From contig CAWKKR010000004.1 in the NCBI GenBank assembly GCA_963850305.1, positions 352,001 through 416,000 on the forward strand: a stretch of 64,000 nucleotides of DNA, in the 5' to 3' direction. The notes below the pieces were generated by a model, which saw nothing but the letters and a program-made list of their open reading frames with translations, was not told the DNA's origin and did not search any database. This DNA comes from an uncultured delta proteobacterium (GTDB taxonomy: Bacteria; Myxococcota_A; Polyangia; Polyangiales; Polyangiaceae). Below, one piece after another: positions 21,495-31,109 of the stretch; within the stretch, counting starts at the first letter, position 1; each line of letters opens with the position of its first letter. The position numbers and the translations under genes were made by a program.

Positions 21495-23032
21495 CGCTTG
21501 GGCATCGATCTTCTTTGTGGGCCTTCCTCGGCGCACTCGCGCTCCTCCATTCTTCGATCGCGCTCGCAGACTCGCCTCCAGACGCCAAGAAGGCCGAGGC
21601 CGCACAGCGCTTCGATCGCGGTCTGTCGCTCTTCGACGACGGCGACAACGCGGGCGCGCTCGCGGAGTTCAAGCGCACGTATGAGCTCTTTCCGAACCCG
21701 GTGGTGCTTTACAACATCGGCCTCGTCTATGCGGCCATGGGCCGCCCGGTCGACGCCGTCGACGCGCTCGGCCCGGCGGTGAAGGCCGGCGGCCTTTCCG
21801 GGGCCGAGCTCGAATCGGGCGAAGAAGACCCTCGTCGACGAAGAGGCGCGCATCGGCCGCCTCACCGTGACGACCACGCCCGACGGTGCGACCATCGATA
21901 TCGACAACGTCGAGGTCGCCAAGACACCGCTGACGGCGCCGCTCCGCGTATCCGAGGGCAATCACATCGTCGGCGCCGTTTCACAGGGCTTCGCGCCGGC
22001 GCGCAAGGAAGTCGTCGTCGCGGGTAACCAGGACGTCACGCTCCACCTCGACCTCGTGCCGACGCAAGGCAAGGCGCTCGCGAATCTCACCGTGCACTCG
22101 AACATCGCGGACGCGACCGTTCGCGTCGACAACGAGGCCGTCGGAAAGACGCCGCTCGCAACGTCGTTGACGCTCGTTGCGGGGCATCACCAGGTCGAGC
22201 TCTCGCGCCCCGGGTACTCCACGTCGCGCAAAGAAGTCGACGTGGGCGAAGGCGCGACGGGCGAGCTCGACTTCACTCTCCCGGTGGACCCCTCCGCTCT
22301 CGGCACCGAAGGCGCGGAGCTCGCGATCGAAGCCAGCGAGTCGGGCACGGACCTGACCATCGACGGCGATCACCGCGGTCCGTACGAGAGCCCGCTGCGG
22401 CTTCCGCGCGGCACCCACCACATCAGCGCCGTCGCGCCAGGCTTCTACCCGGTCGAGCGCGACGTCACGCTCGACGCGGGCCAGACGAACATCGTCCGCC
22501 TCGCGTACGATCCGACGCCGGAGACGCGCGAGGCTTACGAGAGCAGCGCGCGCCTGCATCGCACCTGGGGATGGATCGGCGTCGCGAGCGGCCTAGTCAT
22601 CGGTGGCGTGGGCGGCGCGTACCTGGTCGTGAACAAGAGCGCAAATCGAGCGCTCAGTCCGACTACGACAAGGCGCGCGCGGTCGAGGCCTACGGGAACA
22701 GCAAGGCGACCAACCCGCCGCCCCAGCACCCGTGCGCGACCTTCGCCCCCGCTGCAGACGGCACGACGGACAGCCCGGCGGCCTGCGACGCTTACGTGCA
22801 GGGCTACTCCGACAAGCTCGATAGCGTGAAGAATCGCGACATCATCGGCTACGTCGGCATCGGCGTCGGCGGGGCCGCCGTCGTCACGGGCGTCATTCTG
22901 CTCGTTACCGGCGGGGACCCGGGCAAATACGACAAGCCCACCTCCCGCTCGCTCGGCCACAACGACGGCCCGAAATTCGCACTGACGCCCGGCCCAGGCC
23001 AGATAGGCACGGGCTTCAGCGTAACCTTCTGA
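21491..23032 (+). CDS. TPR + PEGA domain protein with C-terminal membrane/beta region; two frameshifts (about 21814 and 22644)
   Basis: Three consecutive ORF pieces (TPR, three PEGA repeats, Gly-rich hydrophobic segments ending GFSVTF) join after single-base corrections; ATGA overlap with the kinase stop. Confidence 0.8.
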
Positions 23033-23063
23033 GCCCCCGGCGCAATCGGGTGCGCCCCAGAAC

Positions 23064-23180
23064 CAAAACCCCCCGCTTGCTCCAGCCCTTTCACGGCGCC
23101 GAGCGCAGCGAGTACCGGGGGGAGCGGTCGCGCAGCGAGCCGCGGGGGGGACAGGTGGGACACCCCCCAAGAACAAAACC
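23064..23180 (+). repeat. REP-like intergenic element, copy 1
   Basis: About 110 bp nearly identical to 28228-28338; core GAGCGCAGCGAG...GGGGGAGCGGTCGCG...GGGACACCCCCC. Confidence 0.85.
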
Positions 23181-23213
23181 CCTCTTACATGCTAGGACGC
23201 CACCACCCGCTTC

Positions 23214-24188
23214 ATGGACATCCTTAAAGCCGTCACGGCCACGTGTGCCTTGCTCTCCGCCGTCGGGTGCGCCGGAGACAAAGGCGCACCAACAAAACCC
23301 GGCAGCGGCTCCGGTGGGGCGTCGACCGCCGGCCTGGATGCGACCACTCCGCTTGTCGAAGCTGGGGATTTCGCTACGTGCCAGGACGCGGGCGGCGCGC
23401 CGGCGGATGCGGGCCTCGTGTGCATTCTTCACGTCTCGGGGCGCGCCATCGACCAGAACGGCGCACCCGTCGCGGCGCAGTCCCTGGTGTCGGCGTGCGG
23501 TCCGGCGCAGTGCAACCCCGGTATCACGGATGCCGGCGGGCACTTTCGCATCGGCGTCGGGCTCGACATCGTCCCGGACGTGTACTCGGTCCAGGTCCAC
23601 CTGAGGCCGAACTTCGCCGCGTTCTATTACCGGCTGCCAGAGGTGCCGGGTCCGTACATCGACATCGGGAACGTGCGCGTTCTGCCGATGCCAGCGAGCG
23701 GGCCGTCGCTCGTCATCGATCGCGCGGGCTCGGCGGCACAGTCGGTCACGAGCGGCGACGTCACGCTCGAGGTGCCGGCGAGCACGTACGTGCGCCTCGA
23801 CGTGGAGGCCAATCTCGCGGGCGCGCTCGGCACCCAGTTTCGCGCGCTCCGCATCCCCGACGCGTTCTTGCCGGAGTACGCGCCGCCGTCGACCGGCATT
23901 CGCGTGCTGTACGCGATGGAGCCGTTCGAGGCGTCGTTCGAAGTCGGCGGGCAGCCGAACGTGCTCACCAACGCGCGGCTCTCGTTCGTGAATTACGCGA
24001 AGTTCGCTGCCGGGTCGTCCGTCGACCTGATGGCGCTCGGGAGCTACGTGTTTCCCGAATGGATCCCGCCGGCCACGTTTCAGAAGGTGGCGACGGGCCA
24101 CGTCTCTACCGACGGAAACACCATCGAGCTGGATCCGGATCAAGGACTGCCGTACCTCACGTGGGTCGGCCTGAGGAGCACACCATGA
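23214..24188 (+). CDS. Hypothetical lipoprotein (carboxypeptidase-regulatory-like beta domain)
   Basis: SAVGC lipobox; VSGRAIDQNGAPV and TDAGGHF Ig-like motifs. Confidence 0.7.
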   Translation: MDILKAVTATCALLSAVGCAGDKGAPTKPGSGSGGASTAGLDATTPLVEAGDFATCQDAGGAPADAGLVCILHVSGRAIDQNGAPVAAQSLVSACGPAQCNPGITDAGGHFRIGVGLDIVPDVYSVQVHLRPNFAAFYYRLPEVPGPYIDIGNVRVLPMPASGPSLVIDRAGSAAQSVTSGDVTLEVPASTYVRLDVEANLAGALGTQFRALRIPDAFLPEYAPPSTGIRVLYAMEPFEASFEVGGQPNVLTNARLSFVNYAKFAAGSSVDLMALGSYVFPEWIPPATFQKVATGHVSTDGNTIELDPDQGLPYLTWVGLRSTP

Positions 24189-25039
24189 GAATTCACCTCG
24201 TCGCGCTTTCGGCCACCCTCGCTCTAGCGAGCGCCTGCGGCAGTTCCGGGCCAACCGGCTCGAACCAGTCGCCCAGCGATGGCTCGGGCGGCTCCGCAGG
24301 TTCTGCCGCTGGAACCGGCGGTGATACCAGCTCCGGAGGCGTCACCGCCGGCAGCGGTGGCGTGTCGCCTGGTTCGGGGGGCACCGGAGTGGTTGGCTCG
24401 GGCGGAACCGCCGCACAAGGTAACGGCGGAACCGGCGCAGGCGACACGGGTTCGAGCGACTCCGGCGTGGGCGGCAACGTCACGGCGTGCCCCGATCCCG
24501 GCGCGTACCCGGCGGGCCCCTACGGCAACACAGTCGGCGCGACGATCACGAACCTGCCGCTACAGGGTTACGTGAACGCGACCGGCGACGCGCTCTCGAA
24601 CACGCTCCCGTGGACCGCCGCTTACTCGCTGCAGGATGTCCGGAAAACATGCGTGCCGTACCTGCTCATTCACGTCTCGGACTTTTCGTGCCCGGGTTGC
24701 CAGCACGCCGCGAAGCAGCTCGGCATCGACGGCAAAGGGATCCTCGACGCCGGCGGTGGCGTCATGGACATCCTGAGTGCGAACGCGCTCATCTTCGCGT
24801 CCACCGAGGACGAACTGAACGCCTGGATCACGACGGCCAACGAGGACGTCGACGCGTTCATCGACGCGGATAGCGACCCGATGGGGGCATTGAACGTCGC
24901 CACGGTTCGCGAGACCGCGTTCATCGTTCAGGTCCCGAGCATGCAGATCGTGTGGCTGGTCCATGGCGACGTCACCGGCACCCAGCCGCCCAGCATCGTC
25001 GCGGCCGCGGCGGAAATGCACACCCTCCTCGGGAAGTGA
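24185..25039 (+). CDS. Lipoprotein with thioredoxin-like CxxC domain
   Basis: LASAC lipobox, Gly-rich linker, YPAGPYG, FSCPGC; ATGA overlap with previous gene. Confidence 0.7.
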   Translation: MRIHLVALSATLALASACGSSGPTGSNQSPSDGSGGSAGSAAGTGGDTSSGGVTAGSGGVSPGSGGTGVVGSGGTAAQGNGGTGAGDTGSSDSGVGGNVTACPDPGAYPAGPYGNTVGATITNLPLQGYVNATGDALSNTLPWTAAYSLQDVRKTCVPYLLIHVSDFSCPGCQHAAKQLGIDGKGILDAGGGVMDILSANALIFASTEDELNAWITTANEDVDAFIDADSDPMGALNVATVRETAFIVQVPSMQIVWLVHGDVTGTQPPSIVAAAAEMHTLLGK

Positions 25040-25071
25040 CTGGCCCGCCGAGTAGAGGTAAGAAGGCGGGC

Positions 25072-26124
25072 ATGCGAACCCCCCGAGCGTTTCTTCAGCC
25101 CCTGGCCATCGGCGCGCCGGCGCCTGCACGCGAGATCCCGTTCAAGCCCTCGCGGATGATTCACTTCTTCGATCCGTCGAACCCGAAGATGGCGGCGAAA
25201 GTGCCGGACATCTCGAAGAAAGTCGACATCATCCTCGGCAACCTCGAAGACGCAATCTCCTCCGACAAGAAGCTCGACGCTCGCGAGGGTCTCATCAAGA
25301 TCGCGCGCGAGACGAACTTCGGAGACACGCAGCTCTGGACCCGCGTGAACAGCCTCGACAGCCCGTGGGCCCTCGACGACCTCATCCGTCTGGTCACGGA
25401 GATCGGCGACAAGCTCGATGTCATCATGGTGCCCAAGGTGCAGGGCCCCGAAGACATTCACTACGTCGATCAGCTCCTCGCGCAGCTCGAGGCGCGCGCC
25501 GGACTCAAGCGCCCGCTCCTCGTCCACGCGATCCTCGAGACGGCGAGCGGCGTCGCGAGCGTCGAGGAGATCGCCGCGGCCAGCCCGCGCATGCAAGGCA
25601 TGAGTCTCGGCCCCGCGGATCTCGCCGCATCGCGCCGCATGAAGACGACGCGCGTCGGCGGCGGCCACCCCGGCTACCTCGTCCGCACGGATCCGGACAG
25701 GGAGAAGCCGGACGCCCTCCGCATCACCGCGCAGCAAGACCTCTGGCACTACACCATCGCCCGCATGGTCGATGCGTGCGCCATGAACGGCATCCTTCCG
25801 TTCTACGGCCCCTTCGGCGACATCTCCGACCTCGTTGGCTGCGAGGATCAGTTCCGCAACGCGTTCCTGCTCGGCTGCGTCGGCGCCTGGTCGCTCCACC
25901 CGAATCAGATCGACATCGCCCGCAAGGTGTTCAGCCCGCCCCCGGAGGAGGTCACCTTCGCCAGGAAGGTCATCGCATCCATGCCCGCCGACGGCGCCGG
26001 CGCGACGATGATCGACGGCAAGATGCAGGACGACGCGACCGTCAAACAGTGCAAAGTCATGGTCGCCCTCGCCGAGCTCATCGCCACCCGCGATCCCGAG
26101 ATGAAGGCGAAGTACGGGTTCTAG
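25072..26124 (+). CDS. CoA-ester lyase (CitE/malyl-CoA lyase superfamily)
   Basis: [42 protein letters not shown] and DGKMQD. Confidence 0.88.
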   Translation: MRTPRAFLQPLAIGAPAPAREIPFKPSRMIHFFDPSNPKMAAKVPDISKKVDIILGNLEDAISSDKKLDAREGLIKIARETNFGDTQLWTRVNSLDSPWALDDLIRLVTEIGDKLDVIMVPKVQGPEDIHYVDQLLAQLEARAGLKRPLLVHAILETASGVASVEEIAAASPRMQGMSLGPADLAASRRMKTTRVGGGHPGYLVRTDPDREKPDALRITAQQDLWHYTIARMVDACAMNGILPFYGPFGDISDLVGCEDQFRNAFLLGCVGAWSLHPNQIDIARKVFSPPPEEVTFARKVIASMPADGAGATMIDGKMQDDATVKQCKVMVALAELIATRDPEMKAKYGF

Positions 26125-26136
26125 ATCGCCGCGCCG

Positions 26137-26214
26137 GTCGAGACCGAGATCGTCCGTGTTGGGTTGCCTGCCGATCGCGAGGAGCACGTGCGATCCGGTC
26201 ACGGTCGGCTCGCC
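26137..26214 (-). pseudogene. Isolated fragment of a flavoprotein disulfide reductase (mercuric reductase/Lpd-like)
   Basis: Intergenic minus-strand reading GEPTVTGSHVLLAIGRQPNTDDLGLD matches the LLAxGRxPNTxxLGL motif; no flanking homology. Confidence 0.6.
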
Positions 26215-26238
26215 CGTCGCGCCGAACCCGCCGAGCCC

Positions 26239-26254
26239 TGGCACGGGCTCTGCA
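26239..26254 (+). promoter_or_regulatory. Putative sigma-54 promoter upstream of egtD
   Basis: TGGCACGGGCTCTGCA has GG and GC separated by exactly 10 nt (-24/-12 consensus). Confidence 0.55.
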
Positions 26255-26363
26255 TCCCCGTTCCACGAGCTCCGGCGGCCATGCAATCAGACGCCCGCGG
26301 GGCAACGGAGGCGTTCGTGAAAATCCTGAACCGGCTCCCCAGCGCCTGCCTGTGGAACCTCCC

Positions 26364-27350
26364 ATGAGCATCGCCGACGACGTTCGCAGAGGGCTGACGA
26401 GTTTCCCCAAGACGCTGCCGCCCTACCTCTTCTACGACGAGGCCGGCTCGCAGCTCTACGAGCGCATCACCGAGCTCCCCGAGTATTACCTGACGCGCGC
26501 GGAGCGCGAGATCTTCCTGGCGCGCGCGCCGGAGATCGTCGCTCGCATCGCGAGGGACGCGCCCGGTCCGCTGAGCGTCGTCGAGCTGGGTGCCGGGAGC
26601 GCGTCGAAGACAGAGGTTCTGCTTCGCGCCGTGCTCGACAAACAGGGGCACTGCCTCTATCACCCGGTCGACGTCTCGACGACGGCGCTCGCAGAGGCCG
26701 GGCGTCGTCTTCGCGCCCGGTTGCCGCTTGCGACGGTTCGCCCCCTGCCGATGACCTACGAGCAGTCGATCCGCATGCTCGCGGACGTACCGCCGCCTCG
26801 GCTCTTTCTCTTCATCGGCAGCAGCGTCGGCAATCTCCCGGACGACGACGCTGCGACGCTCCTAGGGCGAATAACCGAAGCGCTCCGCGGCGACACCTGG
26901 CTGCTCCTCGGGACCGATCTCCGGAAGAGCCCGAGCGTGCTTCGGGCAGCCTACGACGACCACGCGGGGGTGACAGCGGCATTCAACAAGAACCTCCTCG
27001 TGCGAATCAACAGGGAGCTCGGCGGTCACTTCGACCTCGACCGCTTTCGTCACATCGCGCGATGGAACGAGGCTGTCTCGCGCATCGAGATGCACCTCGA
27101 GAGCACCGTCGCGCAAGAGGTGAGCGTGGATCGGCTCTCCCTCCGCCTACGCTTCGACGCGGGCGAGACGATCCATACGGAATCGAGCGCAAAATACGAT
27201 CTTCCTCGGATCGAGCGCCTCCTTGCCGCGGGCCACTTTCGACTCCAGCAGACCTACTACGACGCCGCGCATCGCCTTGCGCTTCACCTGGCGCGCGTCT
27301 CGCGTCCGGCCGCCCAGCGGCGACCGGACGTAACGTGGCGCGAAATGTGA
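26364..27350 (+). CDS. egtD: L-histidine N-alpha-methyltransferase
   Basis: PKTLPPYLFYDEAGSQLYERITELPEYYLTRAE, VELGAGS, AYDDHAGVTAAFNKN, RIEMHL and IHTESSAKY. Confidence 0.92.
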   Translation: MSIADDVRRGLTSFPKTLPPYLFYDEAGSQLYERITELPEYYLTRAEREIFLARAPEIVARIARDAPGPLSVVELGAGSASKTEVLLRAVLDKQGHCLYHPVDVSTTALAEAGRRLRARLPLATVRPLPMTYEQSIRMLADVPPPRLFLFIGSSVGNLPDDDAATLLGRITEALRGDTWLLLGTDLRKSPSVLRAAYDDHAGVTAAFNKNLLVRINRELGGHFDLDRFRHIARWNEAVSRIEMHLESTVAQEVSVDRLSLRLRFDAGETIHTESSAKYDLPRIERLLAAGHFRLQQTYYDAAHRLALHLARVSRPAAQRRPDVTWREM

Positions 27351-27520
27351 TCGGGACTGACGCTCGTCCGAGGCGAGGACACCGAGCGGCGCAGGGCGGA
27401 CGGTCCATGCTGCCCTCCACGAAACCCGCGACCTGCGAGACTTCGCCGCGTCCGTCGCGCGCGCCCTCGACGCGACGCCGGCCCGAGTCCGAACCGACCA
27501 GCTCGAGGGTCGGGGCCCTA

Positions 27521-27985
27521 CTAAGAAAGGGGGGCGTTGCCCGCCCCGCGGGGCTTGCCGCGCGACCGCTCCCCCCGCCGCCTTCGGCGGGCTCGCTCCG
27601 CTCGCGTAGTTCCGCACCTCTTTGATCCCTCGGGGACGACGCTGCTCGTCGATGCGGAACTACTTACGGTCGTGCGCGGCGCAGCCGTCGCAGCCGGCTC
27701 CGGATGGAGCCGCAGCAAGAAATCCGCGATGGCAGCGTTCCGCGCCGTGATCCCGCGCGCCCTCGCGGCGACCTGATACTCGGGTCGAGCCTGCGCGGCC
27801 CTCGCGTACTCGCTCGCGCGCCGGAAGCGCTCCACTTGGCGTTGCTGCGCCTCCGACAGCCCTGCGCGCCGGCGCGGCGCAGCCGCCACGATGCACCGCC
27901 CGTCCTTCTGCAGGCGCAACACCAGCTGCCTGCCGAGCATCCCTGACAGCCCCTGAAGAATCAGATTGTTCACTACCGTTGCCAT
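27521..27985 (-). CDS. Small basic hypothetical protein (resembles DUF6266-like orphans common in Bacteroidota)
   Basis: MATVVNNLILQGLSGMLGRQLVLR...AQQRQVERFRRASEYAR...NAAIADFL; GGAGAG RBS; the C-terminal tail reads through repeat copy 3. Confidence 0.7.
   Translation of the reverse strand: MATVVNNLILQGLSGMLGRQLVLRLQKDGRCIVAAAPRRRAGLSEAQQRQVERFRRASEYARAAQARPEYQVAARARGITARNAAIADFLLRLHPEPAATAAPRTTVSSSASTSSVVPEGSKRCGTTRAERARRRRRGERSRGKPRGAGNAPLS
27529..27605 (-). repeat. REP-like element, diverged inverted copy 3
   Basis: Reverse complement contains GAGCGGAGCGAG, GGGGGGAGCGGTCGCG, CCGCGGGG and a terminal C-run, as in copies 1 and 2. Confidence 0.65.
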
Positions 27986-28092
27986 TGCACTCTCCGCGCG
28001 TGCTCGAGCCTTCGCCCATCGACGAACGCCGATGCAAGGCCAGGGCCAACCCGCCCCCCGCCCGGCGCCGTCGCACCGACGAGCCCCCTCCG

Positions 28093-28169
28093 TCGAACGA
28101 ACCTCGAACGAACGTCGGACGAAGGTCGGACGAACATCGGAGCAACCTGCGGCGCGCTACGGAGCGGCA
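28093..28169. repeat. Tandem 11-bp direct-repeat array
   Basis: TCGAACGAACC / TCGAACGAACG / TCGGACGAAGG / TCGGACGAACA / TCGGAGCAACC, then one degenerate unit and an in-phase ACGGAGCGGCA. Confidence 0.8.
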
Positions 28170-28227
28170 CGGGAATAAAGTGCACGTGTGGTCGGTGTGC
28201 GACACTGTTGCGACCCGCGGGCCGGCA

Positions 28228-28338
28228 CAAAACCCCACGCTTGCTCCAGCCGTTCCACGGCGCCGAGCGCAGCGAGTACCGGGGGAGCGGTCGCGAAGCG
28301 AGCCGCGGGGGGTGGGACACCCCCCAGGACAGAACACC
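28228..28338 (+). repeat. REP-like intergenic element, copy 2
   Basis: Near-identical to 23064-23180 apart from a few substitutions and short indels. Confidence 0.85.
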
Positions 28339-28423
28339 ACGCCGTCAGTGCCGTCTCCGGACAGCAAGCTGCGGCGGGCTGCCTGCGCCCCCGAGGACAA
28401 ACCCGCGCGCGTCCAACCTCGAG

Positions 28424-28727
28424 TCACACGGTCTCGAGCGCGAGGTCACTGCCGGCAGCAGCCGCTACGCGGCGAAGGTCCCGCGGATCCGACGTCACGA
28501 TGGCGTCCCGCCGGCGCAGAGCTCCCTCGACGACCGTGAGATCGACAACGTCATCATGCTGCGATTGGCTCGCGAGACGACCCACCGAGCGAGCCTGCGC
28601 TTCGCTCATGGGCTCGACCTCGCAGAGCGCGAGCAGGCGCGACAGGCTCGCTTCCTTCGCACCGCCCCGCCACGCTTGCGCCAGGACGGGCGCCGGCACG
28701 GTGGGTACGCTTCGTTCGTTTGGCCAT
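28424..28727 (-). pseudogene. 5'-truncated PIN-domain (VapC-like) toxin
   Basis: VPTVPAPVLAQAWRGG...DDVVDLTVV...AIVTSDPRDL is the C-terminal part of a PIN toxin; the N-terminal Asp motif is absent; an out-of-frame start MAKRTK lies at 28727. Confidence 0.7.
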
Positions 28728-28792
28728 GTCGGTTGGTAGCAGAGCAGGTAGGACAGAACAACGTAACGGAAAGCGCGAGCGATGCAGCCGTC

Positions 28793-28897
28793 TACTACTG
28801 CGCGTTCGTGCTCGACCCCGACGGCCACGACATCGAAGCCGTCATCCACACCCGAACTGCGGCCTCACCCGTTCGAGGGGACAGGGCCACCAGCTGA
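28793..28897 (+). pseudogene. C-terminal fragment of a VOC/glyoxalase protein
   Basis: YYCAFVLDPDGHDIEAV is the typical VOC C-terminus; no upstream domain. Confidence 0.7.
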
Positions 28898-28937
28898 GTC
28901 TGCCGTTCGCGCGGACGGCTGCCGAACGCCTCCGCGG

Positions 28938-29648
28938 TCACGCTTCGCTCTTCAGCCGGTATCCGACGCCGGGCTCGGTAACGATGAGCCTCGGTCTTTC
29001 CGGGTCGAGCTCGATTTTCTTCCGGAGCTCGGCCATTCGAACTCTCACGTAGTGCGTCTGTCCGACGTAGGCCGGCCCCCAGACGTCCTTCAAGATCTGC
29101 CGGTGGGTCAGAACCTTTCCGGAGTTCTTCGCCAGGAGCACGAGCAGTTTGTATTCGATGGGTGTCAGATGCACCTCGCGCCCGGAAAGAGTCACTTGCC
29201 GGTGCTCGAGGTCGACCTTGAGAGCGCCGAAGTCGTGGACGGGCGAGCCCTCCGGGGCTCCCGCGAGCTCCGCGTGCCGGAGCGCGACGCGGATTCGCGC
29301 GAGGAGCTCGTTCATGCCGAAGGGCTTCGTCAGATAGTCGTCGGCGCCGGCGTCGAGCGCCTCGACTTTGTCTTCCTCGCGGCCGCGTGCACTGATGACG
29401 ATGATGGGAACTCGGGTCCATTCGCGAAGCGAGCGCGTCAACTCAATCCCGTCGCGATCCGGGAGGCCGAGATCGAGCAGGACGATCTCGGGGTTCTGGG
29501 TCGTCGCGACGGCGACGGCCTCCGCCGCGGTCCCGGCTTCGATGTAGCGAAACCCGTGGGACGTGAGCGACGCTCGAAGAAAGCGCTGCATCTGCGGTTC
29601 GTCTTCCACGACGAGCACGACAGCCGCGTGATCGACGTCTGTCGTCAC
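28938..29648 (-). CDS. kdpE: KdpE-type OmpR-family response regulator
   Basis: VLVVEDE, LLDLGLPDRDG, KVEALDAGADDYLTKPFG, GKVLTHRQIL and TEPGVGYR; GTG start. Confidence 0.88.
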   Translation of the reverse strand: MTTDVDHAAVVLVVEDEPQMQRFLRASLTSHGFRYIEAGTAAEAVAVATTQNPEIVLLDLGLPDRDGIELTRSLREWTRVPIIVISARGREEDKVEALDAGADDYLTKPFGMNELLARIRVALRHAELAGAPEGSPVHDFGALKVDLEHRQVTLSGREVHLTPIEYKLLVLLAKNSGKVLTHRQILKDVWGPAYVGQTHYVRVRMAELRKKIELDPERPRLIVTEPGVGYRLKSEA

Positions 29649-29712
29649 GGAGTCAACGCTTCCTCGCTCATGTCGGTCTCCTCGGGCATCGCAGGCGGCG
29701 CGCCGTCGATCC
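29645..29712 (-). pseudogene. Probable C-terminal remnant of KdpD sensor kinase
   Basis: IDGAPPAMPEETDMSEEALTP-stop overlaps the kdpE start (GTGA), as kdpD normally does; no kinase domain upstream. Confidence 0.45.
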
Positions 29713-29921
29713 CCCGCACAACAGGACAAACCCTTCGCCGGACAACCCGAACGACACCGCCCGTCCGCGTTCCGCGGCGTTCAGCGGCTCGGGAAGTTGC
29801 GTCGGACACATCCGCGATCCTAGCAGGTCGTCGAGCCTCGAACACCCGAACCTCGGGATCGCGTGGCGCGGGCGACTCGCCGCTCCCGCGGCGGCGGGGC
29901 CATGATAAACATCCGGTCGCC

Positions 29922-30971
29922 TTGTTCGACGGCTTCAAGCACCTTTACTCCGCGGCCGAGCGACGCGCGGCGCACGCGATCCTGGAAACGCCGTGGCTCT
30001 GCAATCGGCTCGCAGCACGGCGCGGACAGCCGATCGACGGCCGCACGCTCGACGCGCAGGTGGCTGCGATGCTCGCGCTCGACGATCTGGTGGGTCGCTC
30101 TGACTTGCGGAAGCTGTCGCCCGTGCGCGCGCGCGAACGCGTCGCGGCGGAGATCCGCGTGGTGGGTCCCATGGCGACCGCCGGTGTCGCGAGTCGAGAG
30201 GTCGAGATCCCCGGACCCGCTGGCTCGATTCCGGCACGCGTCTTCGTGCCGGACGGGATCGAAGCACCGTCACCCGCAGTGGTGTTCATCCACGGCGGCG
30301 GGTGGGTCACCGGCAGCGTGGAGACGCATGACGGCATTTGCCGGGCGCTCGCGATCGGCGCGCGCTGCCGCGTCGTGTCCATCGAGTATCGCCTCGCGCC
30401 GGAGCACCGGTTTCCGGCAGCCGTCGACGACAGTCTGGCCGCGACGCGCTGGTTGTTCGAGCACGCCGATGCGCTCGGAATCAATTCGGCGCGCGTGGCG
30501 GTCGCGGGAGACAGCGCGGGCGGTAACCTGAGCGCGGTCGTCGCGCGGCGCACGCGGAACGACTCGCGACGGGTCGCGTTACAGGTATTGCTGTATCCCG
30601 CCCTCGACGCGACGTACTCATTGCCATCGCACCAGACCCTGGCCGACGGCTATTTTCTCACGCGGGGCATGTGCGATTGGTACTACGCCCACTACGCGGG
30701 CGACTGTGATCGTCGCCATCCGGACCTGTCGCCGCTCCTGGCGCCGGACGTCTCGGACGTGCCCGCACTCGTTTACACGGCCGGCTTCGATCCGCTGCGC
30801 GACGAGGGACAGGCGTACGCGGAGCGGCTTCGCGCAGCAGGCACCCGCGTCATGCAGCGTGAATTTCCCGGGCTCGTGCATGGCTTCGTGGGCATGACGC
30901 ATGCGTCCCGGGCCTGCCGCCGTACCGCCGAGGAAGTCGCAGTCGATGTCGGACGCGAGCTCCGGTGCTGA
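29922..30971 (+). CDS. HSL-family (family IV) esterase/lipase
   Basis: HGGGW, YRLAPEHRFP, GDSAGG, DPLRDEG and HGF motifs; start uncertain. Confidence 0.9.
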   Translation: MFDGFKHLYSAAERRAAHAILETPWLCNRLAARRGQPIDGRTLDAQVAAMLALDDLVGRSDLRKLSPVRARERVAAEIRVVGPMATAGVASREVEIPGPAGSIPARVFVPDGIEAPSPAVVFIHGGGWVTGSVETHDGICRALAIGARCRVVSIEYRLAPEHRFPAAVDDSLAATRWLFEHADALGINSARVAVAGDSAGGNLSAVVARRTRNDSRRVALQVLLYPALDATYSLPSHQTLADGYFLTRGMCDWYYAHYAGDCDRRHPDLSPLLAPDVSDVPALVYTAGFDPLRDEGQAYAERLRAAGTRVMQREFPGLVHGFVGMTHASRACRRTAEEVAVDVGRELRC

Positions 30972-31109
30972 GCGGGAGTGCTTGCCGAACGCGTGCTAGT
31001 TCGCGTCACTTCATATGCGGGTCAGTGCGTGGTGTTCGAGGGCCGCCGACATCCGGCGCGAGCTCCGGAGTCCGTGAACGAGCAAAGCGGCAGTGCTAAA
31101 AGAGCCGCA

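Noticed and set aside
28093..28169. Repeat array as a CRISPR
   Set aside because: Units are 11 bp and contiguous, with no spacers and no cas genes.
29712..29900. GGACAAC-like short repeats upstream of the kdpD stump
   Set aside because: Irregular spacing and low identity; no consistent unit.
28782..30971. 729-aa ORF as an esterase fusion
   Set aside because: Its N-terminal half is antisense to kdpE; only the part from about 29922 has esterase motifs.
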